Source of the DNA: Ostrea edulis
Taxonomy: Eukaryota
Direction of reading: 5' to 3'
Assembly: GCF_947568905.1 (NCBI RefSeq)
Contig: NC_079164.1
Coordinates: 74,462,001 to 74,526,000 of the forward strand
Length of the DNA: 64,000 nt
Part shown: positions 1 to 12,204 of the stretch, one piece after another
Layout: the number at the start of each line of letters is the position of its first letter
Position numbering within the stretch: the first letter of the stretch is position 1
Notes under the pieces: generated by a model
What the model saw: the letters and a program-made list of their open reading frames with translations, nothing else
Database searches by the model: none
What the model was told of the DNA's origin: nothing
Translations under genes and position numbers: made by a program

Positions 1-26
1 TGTCTCTGAAAAAATCGTAAGTATAC

Positions 27-1022
27 CTCCTGGAAAGATCATCCTCTTTCTTCTTTTCTCCATCCTCTCGTATAGAGGCTGTGGTGGGGTTAAGTTCCTT
101 GAGTTGATCGGTGATGTCAAGGTCATTTTCTGACGCTATCTGTTGCATCAGAGACTCGACCTCACTCTGAGGGGTGGACAGTGTGGTGGCGGAACTCATG
201 GAATTCTCCAATGTCTGAGGTTAAAATGACGAGTTTTAGAACATGTAACACAATTTGTATACCCAATAATTGTATTGTTGTTTTATTAGAAAGTGACCAA
301 ATTACCCCATTATCTAATTTCTCGTGGCTGACTTATTTCAAATATGCAAAACTGTAAACCAGTAATAATACTTACTGATGTCCTCACATCCATGTCTTCA
401 AACTGCTTCTCGAACTTCCCCATTATTTGTTCAACCTGTTAGAAGACAATTACATTGTTACCAGATCAAATAAACATGACTGAAAAATGTCAAATCAGTT
501 TTTAATTATACAAGATCACTGCAAAGCTCTGCTCAAACATTAAAATTACTATTATTACTAAATGTGATTGTACATGTATGTACGACATCTAACAACTGCA
601 AACCTTTTCTAAATCCATAGATGACATAGCTTTGTCTAATGCTTTTGTTACTCCTTCCATTTGCTTTGCAATCTGAAAATATTCAAATGAAACAGTATAT
701 AAAACTCTACAGATTGAAACATTTCAGAATTATGAACTTTTCCCCTTGTTGAATCTTGGGTTTGAGTGACATTCATCAGAAATGAATCCCACAAAGATGT
801 GTGATTGAAACACAAATGCCCCCGATAATGGCCAAATGTCACAAGGACAAATATCTTGGTACCAGTAGAAAGATCTTGTCACAAGAGATGCTCATGTACA
901 ATATGAAAGCTCTATTATTTACCATTTAGAAGTTATGACCAATGTAAAAAAAAAATTTAAGTACCCACGGAAAGGTCTTGTCACAAGGAATACTCGTGTG
1001 AAAAATCAAAGCTCTTGCACTT

Positions 1023-1059
<37 letters not shown>

Positions 1060-4000
1060 CAGAATGACAGACAGGTCAAAACCAATATGCCCCCCATCTT
1101 CGATCTCGCATTTTATCCAAGGGTTATTATTATCTTTACATATATAATCCACTGTCTAGTAAAAGTATTCATTTAGGATTTAATATTCATATGTACAATA
1201 TATCCATTCACTTTCACACAAAACATTACACTAATTTATGAACAGTATAAAATCCCTAGCAATTTTACGGCTTGTGTCCAAATATCACGAGCAGATATTT
1301 CTTGCCATATACATGTATAAACTTATGAACATGATAAAGATTAAGCCAAAGCTGTGAAGTTTCTTTGTAGTCTCAAATCTGCTACTCAGGCTACACCATG
1401 AAAGAAGACTTTGTTTTCAAAATTCATAACTGAAACATGCTTTTTACATGAGGTTTTAGATCAAAACTTCTGTTCGGTGCAGACAGTTAAATACACGTGT
1501 ACGAAAAAGAACAGTGATCATTTCTAAAGTTTCTAATTTTCAGGGGAATAAGCATCTTCGCAAGCCAAGTGTCCGATTCGCTTACTCTCATCTAGATGAG
1601 AGTAAGGGAATCAGACACTTGGCTTGCGAAGATGGGGAATAAGTTATTAACATTAATTCACCTTTTACTGTTTGTGAAGGATTTTAAATTGACTGGTATG
1701 TCCATTTGGGCATCGGCAATTGATGCATTCACTCCTCATATATCGTGCAGTGCTTGGGTTGTGTAATGTATAGTACATACAATCCAAACGTTTTGTGATA
1801 TTAGGGGCAGACACATGTATCAAGTGCCCATGTAACTACCCATATCATGAACACATCAAACATTAGACCCTCATGTAAACAAAGCTTTTTTTTCAGGCTC
1901 TTAGCTGTTACAACCCATTTCATATTTAAGGACAATTTTGTAATACATCTACGTGTATAATTTTGTACTTGTAGCTTTGTACATGCTTAATTGATAACCA
2001 CTAAATCTCTGTCCATCAAGCACACATCTTCTGAAAAGGATTATAAAATGACATTATGATACATACTCCTTTCATTGCTACTGCTGTCTGGACTCGTGCT
2101 GATACTCCATCCACTCTAGCTGCAAATCGCAAATAGTTCAGACCTTCATTCTTTTTCCTAATGGCATTTTCTGCATAGATCCTTGCTCCTTCAATGTTTT
2201 TTTGAGCAATAGCCTAAAGAGATATGACATGATATATATAATTATATATATATATACATGTACATTTTTGTAAAGCTTCTGAAGATGTAATGAAAACGCT
2301 TTCTGTGTTTTCTTTTCATATTTTTAAAATATTGTTATCCGATTACTGAGACTCTATTTAAATTTTGGATATACATATATATATATATATATATATCTGT
2401 TAAAACTTGCGCTGAAATAAATGTAATAACTTAAACAAATAAACTGTAAAAATAAAACTTTGATATTCAGATACTGATTGTAAAATGTCTGATATGTATG
2501 TACCCCATTGATTGATTTAAATAATTGAAAATCTCGTTTTCACAATATTCAGTTTAGAAAAAATGTGGTAAAAAGACATGCTTCAAAAACAGTAGAAAAT
2601 CACAAATTTGTTTAGCAGTAAACTGTCAACAGAACAATGAATGAATACAAAAGAAAATACGTAGAGTGTTGAATCTGATACATCTGTCTCTATGGCCAAG
2701 ACTAGCCCTACATTTTTCAATGCATCAATGACAATTTCCTAGAGGATAACTTCAAAATTAATTTCTATTCTGTTTGCTTACATTGCATTTCACTATATAT
2801 ATCACAAACCCATAGCAGGTGGCTTAAGGCAGCCTCAAAACCCCTTGCCTTAATTTTTTGGGTGCACATTAATTATCCCCTAGCTATGTCCCTGTTACTC
2901 AATACAAGTAATCAGCAACTGTCAGTAGAGGGTGATATAAATATTGCACCACTGACTGTGTTAATCCCTAATTGCTTAAATTCTATAACTTAAAATTTCC
3001 CAAAATTTAAACAAGTGAAAAAAATGCCAGGGTTTTATCCAGCATTCAGATGTTACTACCCATTTTATATTTAAGGGGAATTTTTGAGAATGCAGTCATG
3101 AGCTTCCCGGGAATGGTAGTGGGGGACATCCATGGAATATATATTGATTGATTACTCATTTTATCTATATTGCAAGTCTGACATTATAGAAAATGACTTA
3201 GAATATATTAATATGATTTTGTTGAAAATTCTCATACAATTTTTGTAAAGTTTCTACAAATGAAGGAGATTTTTCATCTGTGGAAGGGGAAATATCCATT
3301 TGTTGCCAAAGGGGAAAGGTACCTTTTACTGGTAGTAAAAACCACCTAGATAAATCCCTGAATGCATACAAAGATTATGACCTAGCTGACTAAATACCTT
3401 TCTCACTTTGGCCTCTTCTTTTCTCTGTTCTTTTTCAGATTTCTTAGCTAGCCTTTCAAGTTGTTTCGTTGTGAACTAAAAAAAAAAAGAAGCCATATAT
3501 ATTTCATGTGAAAAAATCTCAACTGCAATAATTAACTGCATAAAAGAACATATGAATAATATAAGATAAAAACTTAGGTAAAGCAGAATACAGTATTTTA
3601 TCACATAATTATGCAAGATAATTATCAAACTTTTTTTTTAATAAACTGGATCTACTTACTCTTAACTGAAAAAGTGTATCTGAAAAAAGAAAACAGTGAG
3701 AATTATCGCCTCCATCAATGTATTGCAACTATAGCAGTTTTTAAATCCATTCTTAAAATTTCTAACAATTTGCACTTAATTCTAAATCCCTGCACCCTGA
3801 AGAATTTGTTCACAAAGGGAATATTCATATAAATTTGCATAATTTTATACAAAAAGCTGAGGAATGCCCACTTATCAATTTTTAAATATATATTTCATTC
3901 TCAAAGAAGCCAATGACAAAAACGAAAGTAATAGTTTTAACTGATTCCTCATTTCAACAACTGGCAAATCACATCTTTGATATTACACTGAATGTAAGTT

Positions 4001-4496
4001 CATTAAATACAGGGAGGAGAACTAGTACAGTACAGCACCAATCTAAAATATTCCAAAGGGGAAAGTCCCTGTAAACACTGGTGAAACATTAACAACATTG
4101 ATTTTCAAGTAGAAAATGTCCTGTATATATTTGAAGACCTTTAGCATGACTCATTGACCGTATACATCATAATTAAAAAGGACCCTCTATTTGTCTGGAA
4201 TAATTACTGTGATCTGTACAAAGTTACTACATACACAAATAAAATCGTTCTAGTTTAAAGAATGGCCCTATAATTGTTTTCATTTTCAATTTAAATAGGA
4301 CATATGGTCCAAGGTTCCAAATGGAGTCATTTGAGCAACATGTCGAATCTAATATAACGTTTTAAAATGTTTATTTTAAGCCTTTGTTTCGAAAGCACAG
4401 GCAATTCGGAATGTCAACATGATAAATAATCGCAAAAAACAATAGGACGTGGAAATTTCAGCATAAGATGTTTCCAAACGAAGCCTTACCATCCAT
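27..4496 (-). CDS. CHMP1A: Charged multivesicular body protein 1A (ESCRT-III), partial; last exon lies before base 1
   Basis: Coding exons on the minus strand, all GT-AG and phase-consistent: 4496-4490 (ATG GAT G), 3679-3660, 3475-3398, 2213-2067, 672-604, 435-376, 214-27. Translation [84 protein letters not shown]...EDDLSRR matches CHMP1A as I recall it. Confidence 0.96.
790..1108 (-). mobile_element. Helentron-associated non-autonomous element (HINE/pearl-like) remnant in a CHMP1A intron
   Basis: Repeated GATCTTGTCACAAG core, GACAG microsatellite-like stretch and terminal ATATGCCCCCC palindrome arm, typical of bivalve HINEs; boundaries approximate. Confidence 0.6.
1553..1634. mobile_element. 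82-bp palindromic mini-element with 9-bp TSD (MULE-like MITE)
   Basis: CATCTTCGCAAGCCAAGTGTC...GACACTTGGCTTGCGAAGATG hairpin flanked by the direct repeat GGGAATAAG (1544-1552 and 1635-1643). Confidence 0.85.
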
Positions 4497-4574
4497 GTTG
4501 ATAGGTGCTACCTTAAAACTTCACTCTACTGTATATTTCAAAATATTTTGGTCAGGAAGTTATGAGCAATCAAA

Positions 4575-4590
4575 ACCGGAAGTGACGCTT
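4575..4590. promoter_or_regulatory. ETS-type core promoter motif upstream of CHMP1A
   Basis: ACCGGAAGTGACG about 80 bp upstream of the CHMP1A ATG; CCGGAAGT is a common housekeeping-promoter motif. Confidence 0.5.
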
Positions 4591-6666
4591 TTTTATAAGC
4601 AGTAAATTGTTTCCCCTTCTTTCATTGGCCTTGATTTGACGTTTTGTTTACACTAGATACTATTTATAGATCGACACATGTCGGAACAAAGGGCTCTAGC
4701 GCCGGACGGGATAATAAAAATTATGGCATATTTGAGATAATTTAATCCACAAGCCGCTGGTGTTGTCAGTGTTTGACGACATGGCTATATATTCAACGTG
4801 ATCGAACAGTGTGTATTTTACTATTTATCGACTCTGGATTAGCCCACGTCTACAATAATTTAGATCAATGTAACTGTAAGTACCCATATTATATACACAA
4901 GTTGGCTCAGATTGTGTCAGAACCCTGTGTTCCAAATTAATGAAAAAGTAAAAGCGAGTGTTTTTTTTTTCTTTTTCTTTTCTTCTTCTTCCCGTGATAA
5001 AACAATTCTGTTAGTAATGCAGATTGCAGGTGGGGGTGAAAATAAGATTGCCGGGCGCGACGGTTTAAACAATGAAATGCGAAATCAAGTCATTGGTATG
5101 CTTCTACAAGCAGGCGTTAATTAACGGGAGTTAGCAAGACAGTTTCAAAAAAAAATAATTCCTGTACAATAAGCCAGTTGTTGCGACGGTATGGTCAGAT
5201 AGAATCTCTAAATGATCGCCCACGACCTGATCGACAGCTTGTGACAACACCACGTCAATAAGCGAAAGTACGGTAACGTCGCCTGTGGAATAGACTGCGA
5301 GGCAAACGATTCCAAGGATGTCATGGAAGGTCCATTCATCCTAGAGCAGTATCCTTACAAAGGATATAACAACTTAAGCCGCAATACCGACGTTACAGAG
5401 TGCCGTGGGTCTATTCTCTTTAACCTACATCCACGTAGGTTTTACCTGTCCACTTCTCTTAAGAGTGGGCCAGGCTGAATCAACGCCAACACTGAACACG
5501 GGTGTTGTTCCCCGACGAGTCCAGATTTAAAATCAAAGTTACAGTAGTAATGTAAACGGCAGAGTTTACCAGTCGTGTACATATATGGACGTGTCAATGA
5601 AGAACGATCACCGATTCGAAGGAGGTGCCTACGGAGAGCCAAATTAACATAGAATCAAATAATTGAAGATATCTTGAATTATTTGAAGATATTTATCAAT
5701 TCAATTATTGTGCTCATCAACTGAACAAATGCGTGCATTATATCAATTATTGCTTTCATCAATTGCATGAATGTAGAGGAAATATTGCTCGCAAACATTA
5801 ATTTAGAGCTCGGTATAAATTATTTGATGATCTCTTTAATTCAATTGAAGATATCTTTAATTATTTACGTTTTTGTATAAGGAATTAATGCGTGCATCAA
5901 TGCTGTTAAAGAGATTAACAGTTCAATTAAAGAGATCATTAATTTCAATAATTTGTGGATATGTTGAATTGAAGATATCTTTAATGACATAGTTGCTCTC
6001 TCTAAAAGAATTATTACTCTGAATGCTCTCTTCAAATGAATAAATTATATCATTTGAAGAGAGCAATATTTCAATTATTAATAACATCAACTCATTTAGT
6101 GAGAGCAATAATTGAATTATAGCGCGCATCAATTCAATTAATGCGCGCAATAATTCAGAATTATGTATCATTAGTTGTTTTCTTTAATGAAATTGTTGCG
6201 ACAACAACAACAACAAAATTATTTATTCTCAAATAAATACAACATGTGTATTGTAGAGAAATAATTCGTAACATATAATACAATATTGTACATAGCATGC
6301 AGTTAACATGGAGGACATGCCCTCTCCCTTATAACCATTAAAAATTTGCATAATCTTTTAAGTACAATAACATTTTTACAATTAAGAAGCTGTTTAAATT
6401 TATATCTATCTGGTCTATTTGTATAATATCTATCTAAGTTTTCCAATCTTGATTTCTTAATAGTTTCATCAGTACATATAAATAAATAATGGAACTCATC
6501 AGCCAAATCATTATTATTACATAAAGTGCATACTCTTTCATTTCTTGGAATGTTTAACCATCGTCCTGTCTCTACAGGTAATCTAAAATTTGATGCTCTA
6601 AATCTACAGAGTATTTCTCTTTTATTTTTAGGAAGTTCATCTAAATAGAATTCAAAATTTGGTTCA

Positions 6667-7030
6667 TTTTTGTACGCCCGTCGTATGGTATGGTATGGCG
6701 TCTGTCCGTCTGGACCTTGTAGGCAGGATACAGACTGAACCATAAGCCCTAGGACTTTACAACTTGGTACATTTGATCACCATGATGAGAAGAAGATGCC
6801 TATTGTTTTTCAAGGTCAGAGGTCAAAGGTCAAGGTCGTAGTATCACTTATTAGGAAAACCTTGTGGGCAGGATACAAACCGAACCGTAAGCTCCAGGAT
6901 ATTATAACTTGGTATATTTAATCATCATGATGAGAGGAAGGTGCCTATTGTTTTTCAAGGTCAGAGGTCAAGGTCGTAGTATCACTTATTAGGAAAACCT
7001 TGTGGGCAGGATACAAACCGAACCGTTAGC
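6667..7030 (+). mobile_element. HINE fragment inserted in the LINE
   Basis: Starts in a T run (TTTTTGTACGCCCG), has a GTCCGTC microsatellite and a tandem ~120-bp unit containing AGGTCAAAGGTCAAGG. Confidence 0.7.
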
Positions 7031-7406
7031 ATATTTATGAAGTAGCGCATTCTAAGGTTATCCCTCTTTATATCTTGATATCCATTTCTACAAGCATAAT
7101 AATGAATTAGCTCACAGAGGAAAGTGCTAACTTCACTAAAATATGAATCCCACTAAAATATGTTTTCCTTGAGCAAAATCTACGGGCGTATTATGCCACG
7201 TTGGCGTTGCTCTTGTTAAAGATGAAATAATTAATTGCTTTTGACGAATTACATAAAAGTTCATTCCATTTCTGTATACTCTGATCCTTCAGTGTTTGTA
7301 ATACCTTTGCATTTAACCAGTCTGTGTTTAAAAAAGCTTCATTTTCCCATACATATGACAATCCACACTCATTTAAAATGTTTCTAATGCATTTTATCCA
7401 AGGGTT

Positions 7407-7533
7407 CAATCTGATTAAAATCAGATCCTCGATCCGCTCCTCTTTTTTTTTTCTTGTCGCTACACGAGGCCCTCGTGTAGCGACAAGAAAAAAAAAAGAG
7501 GAGCGGATCGAGGATCTGATTTTAATCAGATTG
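7407..7533. mobile_element. Perfect 127-bp palindrome with 10-bp TSD (MULE-like MITE)
   Basis: 63-bp arms around a single C; TSD TCCAAGGGTT at 7397-7406 and 7534-7543; uninterrupted target sequence present at 1108-1140. Confidence 0.92.
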
Positions 7534-8592
7534 TCCAAGGGTTATTATTATCTTTACATTACATAATTTTTGTAATTTTTCTATTGTCTGATAAAATAAT
7601 TTTTGACCAAAATTTGATTATTCTTGTTTTAATATTTATAGACAAAGGATATCTTCCAAGTTCTCCATAAATAAAATAATTAAGTTAATGATATTTTCAA
7701 TTTATTTGAGTGTATGTTAATATGGCGCTCCATAGGTAGTGTCATGGTCTGTAATGCAATCAGCACAAATTGTCACTCCGTTACTGTCGGTCGTTTTGAA
7801 TGGAATCTTAATTGTCAGACGGTATATAGGTGGCAGGGGACAGTTTCTTTGGTTCTGAAACATGTGGACAGAGGGTATACATCAAAGTCAGATTATGACA
7901 GACTAATGAAAAATCATATTTCCCTTTTATGTCAATACTTGTATTTCATATTAGTGTAGTTAATAAATTATGATCCTAAATTACATGTAATCTATAAATA
8001 CTGGTGCTGGTGCACAAAACATGCTCTGAGCAGGTTCCCCCTTTTTGCTTCGATTTTCTCTCATTTGGGCTAATCCGCACCACTCCCACACCATCACAGT
8101 ACCAAACATGGGGATTTAGACACTGTGCACAATCAATAACCCTATCTGCCCTTCTCAAAAATCTACCTTTCATATGGGGTCATCCACCTTCCCTCTCAGC
8201 TACAGACCTTTTGCTGGAACATGCATGTTTTCGTATTTGCACCCATCTATATGCTAGGAATTATGACACCTACATGACGTTGTATGTCAACATTTTTATT
8301 AAGCACTCAGCTACATTTGAAATGCATCCTAAAGTTATTGTATACATTTTAACACATGTAATATCACTTCAAATATGGGGTATTTCCATTTATTTTTTTA
8401 AGTTGTCTTCTGCTACCATAGATGACATTTTGCAGCATGTGTTAATGCAGCAGCTTTAGCAGGACAATGCGCGCGCACACATGGCAAGATTGGCCCACGA
8501 GAACTTAAAAGGGCATTGTTGGAAGGATGGCAAAACATTCCACCAAAGGACCATTCAGGGTGTCTGTCGATCAATGATAATAATGCGGAAAT

Positions 8593-8723
8593 AGGGAGGG
8601 ATCTTTATCGTGACACACCTGCTGTAACACGGGACCTCGGTTTTTGCGGTCTCCTCCGAAGGATGACAAGCAAGGGGTACTGAGGAGTCTCAGGACCAAT
8701 ACTAACCTGCATCCCCACGGGAC
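8593..8723 (-). mobile_element. SINE body fragment
   Basis: GGGAGGGATCTTTATCGTG-CACACCTGCTGT-ACACGGG core shared with 57821-57978; resembles an abundant oyster tRNA-derived SINE in reverse orientation. Confidence 0.6.
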
Positions 8724-9145
8724 TAAAAATCAATGGATATTGGGGCCTTTTGTCATTAAAGACTATATACCACAAATATTTGTTTATTCAATTAATTATT
8801 TATAATAAATAACAGAAAATTATCCAGCATTGCGTTTTAAGTCCCTCAGTATATATGTAGACTATGCATTTCATGCAGTCATTTGCAACTTTTGAATAAA
8901 AATCAAATGATCACTGAATGGCAATAAAGACATTATATATATATGCGACTCCACATAATTGTATAAGAGCAGTGTATTAATGAATTTTGATGGTAATGAT
9001 AGTTGGATATGATATGAAGATCAATAATTCATATTATAAAAACCACAGGCACTTATATTGCTTGGGTTTGAATTTACTAATTCAGTTGCCTGTGATAAAA
9101 ACTACATGTACTAATTAATGACAAAAGTCGCATTTAACTATTTTT

Positions 9146-9245
9146 CAGGGACGGATTTAGAACATTTTCAAGAGTGGGGTGCAACGCAGGTTGGTACCTT
9201 TTCCGCCCAGAAAGGTATTAGGGGAAACCCGAAATCCGCCACTGA
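9146..9245. mobile_element. Small MITE with CAG(G/T)G(A/G)CGGATTT termini
   Basis: CAGGGACGGATTT ... AAATCCGCCACTG inverted ends; same terminus type as 17902-18304; no TSD seen. Confidence 0.55.
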
Positions 9246-12204
9246 AAGTTTCAAAATTTAATTTGGTTTTTCTTTACAAATAAAAACTTTCATTAGATTT
9301 ACAAGTAAAATCGATTTTAATTTAGTTAGCAGTTGGTTGATAAACATTTGTCATATACGGTTTCAATAAATTCAATGTTACATATGTAATATTGCGAATG
9401 TGTTCATGATATTTTTTCCTTTCAATTTGTCATCATACTAGAGTGTCTCACTAAAAACATCTTCTACCAGGAAGTTGCGAAGACAATATAATCATTTGGT
9501 ATAAAATTTGATGATATAAAGTTTGTTTTTCATTTCTTAAGCAACAGATTTAAAATCAGCATTCTAGCAATAAAACGTTTTTTCAACTGTATAAAAATTG
9601 AAAGGGGAAACTCTCTCTCTCTCTCTCTCAAAACAAATTCAAAGTGTTTGGGTCATGATAGTATCACAAGATAATTGCATCTTTAACTGTTTGTAAGGAC
9701 AATAAATTAACATAGTCGTACTTCGTGTGTACAAATAAGACTCTCGTGACCCGCACCATTTACAATCCATATAAATAACATTAATGGCTTAATTTAAATT
9801 CGCGTAACAACCCCTTACAAAATTAAAGAGGCTCCATCTTCCACCGCAGAGTAACCTGTAATTTGTCCATCGCCACAATCGTTTCAACTCGAACAAAACC
9901 AGGTCATTTTAGCAGAACTTTTGATTGTTAGATTGTATCAGTTTTATAATGTGAGTATCACCGAAGGCGGTTATCGGGGTAAATCTGGTGGAAAAATATG
10001 AAATTAACATTCTGTCCACTAGTGGTACTTCAAAACAGTATATCAAAGGGTATTCACTTACAGTACTCTACGTGACTGAGATGTGTTCTTACATACATGA
10101 AGAAAACATGCACCTATCGTTTCCGTGAATAATTTTATCAAAAAGTTATAATTTAAAATATTTTCTTTACATGTATTGATAACACTTCCTTCTAATCAAC
10201 ATGATTTGAAACCAAAAATTGACTAATTATATAATCCTTAATTTATGTGTCCAAAAAACCACGTGTTCCTCTTGCGACATTTGTGTTAGCATAGTCCAAA
10301 ACACTTCTATAGTACATCATATCGGAGATGATATCATTTAATGAAACTGACACTTTGCAAACATTTAATCGTTTAAGATCGTATGGCATTAGATCAGTTA
10401 TGTAATGCTGTTTTTCATACAAATTTATTGATTTACAGATCATGCAATTAAGAAACGTTGAACCGGACAAATAATTGAATTCTCATGATGTAACATGATG
10501 ATACATTGAACTTGTGCATGACCACAACATCCGGAATGACCACCTGACTGCATCACGGGAAATCACTCAGGCGTGCGAGTCCCTTTAAAATTAACCCCTA
10601 GTGGGCCTCCATCATTAGTGCTGGTTTCCGCAGCTAGGAGTAAAGATGAGTCTGTCCTTAAAAAACCTGTCACTTCTATGACGGATGAAGATCTATATAA
10701 GAGCTATTTTCCTGGCAGAACAGCGGTAAGATTGTATTTTTAACATCCTAAAAACAATTTCCTTTATATATTTTTTGATGAATATTTTATAATTCGTTAT
10801 TTATATATTCCTGGATATTCTCGTGTCGCATACTGCACCCGAGTATATACATGTTCAGTTTGTCATTAGCTACAAAGCTTTAACTCTCGTGGGGAAAATT
10901 GGGGATATACCAGAGGTCATATCGGTATTTCAGTTTTTGTTTAGAGAGAGAGATATAGTGTGTCACCCACTACGTTCCATTCATTTTCATTCCAGATTTA
11001 AAAAGTTACTCAAATTCTTCCTAAAATTTCAAAACATATATCGATAGCGGTACTAGGAGAGATATACTTAGCAATACATGCATCCATTGTGAATCCAGCA
11101 CACGTAATGTTCAGGTGTTAGAAGATGTGTTATCTCAATCTGTTACTTGTGAACATCATTTTACATGCATTTGTACTTATTACATATGTCACGAACAATT
11201 AACACTCTGCGTCGAACAGTGCTATATCCATGTACAAGTTCTTGCCATTTACCTACAAGATGTGTGCGGGGCTTTCCTGAACAAATGTCGCTAACACGAC
11301 TTTCATTTACGCCCTCACGTTGTTTCTGTTCTTTAATCAAACGTTGCAGATTTAAAAAAAAAAAAAAAAAAAAAAAAACCAACCCGCTCAATCTGTTCGT
11401 TTTGCCATTGATTCCAAACAGAACAGCTGTACAACGTCTAATTTTGACCAGAAACGGTAGTTACACACATCGAACAACACGTGTACATACATACTGATGT
11501 TCAATCATCTTGCAAATAACCACAAAGGAAATTAAGTGTAATGACATTAGATTATATTATAGAAACCTTTAACCAGACATAATTTTGACCGTTTGACCTT
11601 CAATGTTACTGATAAAAATAAATATTTTTATCAGCAATCGCTACCGATACACGCGCAATTCTGCTACACAGGAGCTTCCTATATGATATTTGTGTTTATG
11701 TTTGGCACGCATCCGACGTCTGCTCGCAGGAGCAAGATCAGAAACTGAATGGAACGAGATGGCATCAGATAGGGCCGCTTAACTACTTATGTTTTTTGGC
11801 AATCAAACTCATACTATAATTTCCTCACAACAAACTTTTACATGCGCATGAGCAAATTTTGTCTTGTGTATTTTTGTGCTTATGGTCCTGAGGGAAACAA
11901 AGAGGGAAGAGGGTAAGTGAAAAGTACAATGGTGGAATAGCCATGAGAGAGGCAAGTTTTTACAATGATAAAGTACATGATGTAAGAGTGTGTATGTAAC
12001 ACAAATGCGTGAATCAGAAATTGGTTTAAGTGTTGTTTGCGTTGTATTCTGAGGCCTTTAATTTGTTGTTTCTGATCTGCAGGAGTAGATACTGCGAATG
12101 GGAACGAAGTCATCAGGAAATTTGTGCAAGACTCCTCTCCCAGAAGTAGACCAAGGAACGATCGACTATTGTCCATTCTCGAATGAAAGATCGAGACATT
12201 TTAT

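Larger units (their letters stand above)
6200..7685 (-). mobile_element. 5'-truncated non-LTR retrotransposon (L2/CR1-group-like ORF2 C-terminus and 3' tail)
   Basis: YFIYGELGRYPLSINIKTRIIKFW, NPWIKCIRNILNECGLSYVW and LCRFRASNFRLPVETGRW...CTLC...DEFHYLFIC; AATAAA followed by a (TTG)n tail at ~6200-6230; interrupted by two younger insertions. Clade assignment is by motif recall. Confidence 0.85.
5632..7732. mobile_element. Non-autonomous DNA transposon with ~45-bp TIRs and AT-rich internal tandem repeats, itself carrying insertions
   Basis: Left CGGAGAGCCAAATTAACATAGAATCAAATAATTGAAGATATC versus the reverse complement of the right end TGGAGCGCCATATTAACATACACTCAAATAAATTGAAAATATC; TA on both sides; internal AATTGAAGATATC and GCGCGCATCAATTC repeats; second copy at ~48060-48683. 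Confidence 0.8.
4920..8510 (+). pseudogene. Decayed Tc1-like transposase, split by nested insertions
   Basis: Fragments in the expected order: LNNEMRNQVIGML (5053+), DRPRPDRQLVTTPRQ (5215+), VLF-DESRF (5503+), HRFEGG (to 5626); resumes as GSVMVCNAIS...WNLN (7735+) and QDNARAHMAR (8460+). These match the HTH and DD34E motifs of Tc1 transposases; many stops and frameshifts. Ends approximate. Confidence 0.85.

Noticed and set aside
4700-4880. Divergent first exon from the CHMP1A promoter (GTAAGT near 4876)
   Set aside because: A donor-like hexamer only; no downstream partner exon or ORF can be supported.
5923-6171. Leu/Ile-periodic ORF (also 48229-48417)
   Set aside because: Translation of MITE internal tandem repeats.
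7191-7566. Overlapping ORFs sharing the peptide LIKIRSSIRSSFFFLVATRGPRVATRKKKEERIEDLILIRL
   Set aside because: Artefact of the perfect palindrome reading identically on both strands.
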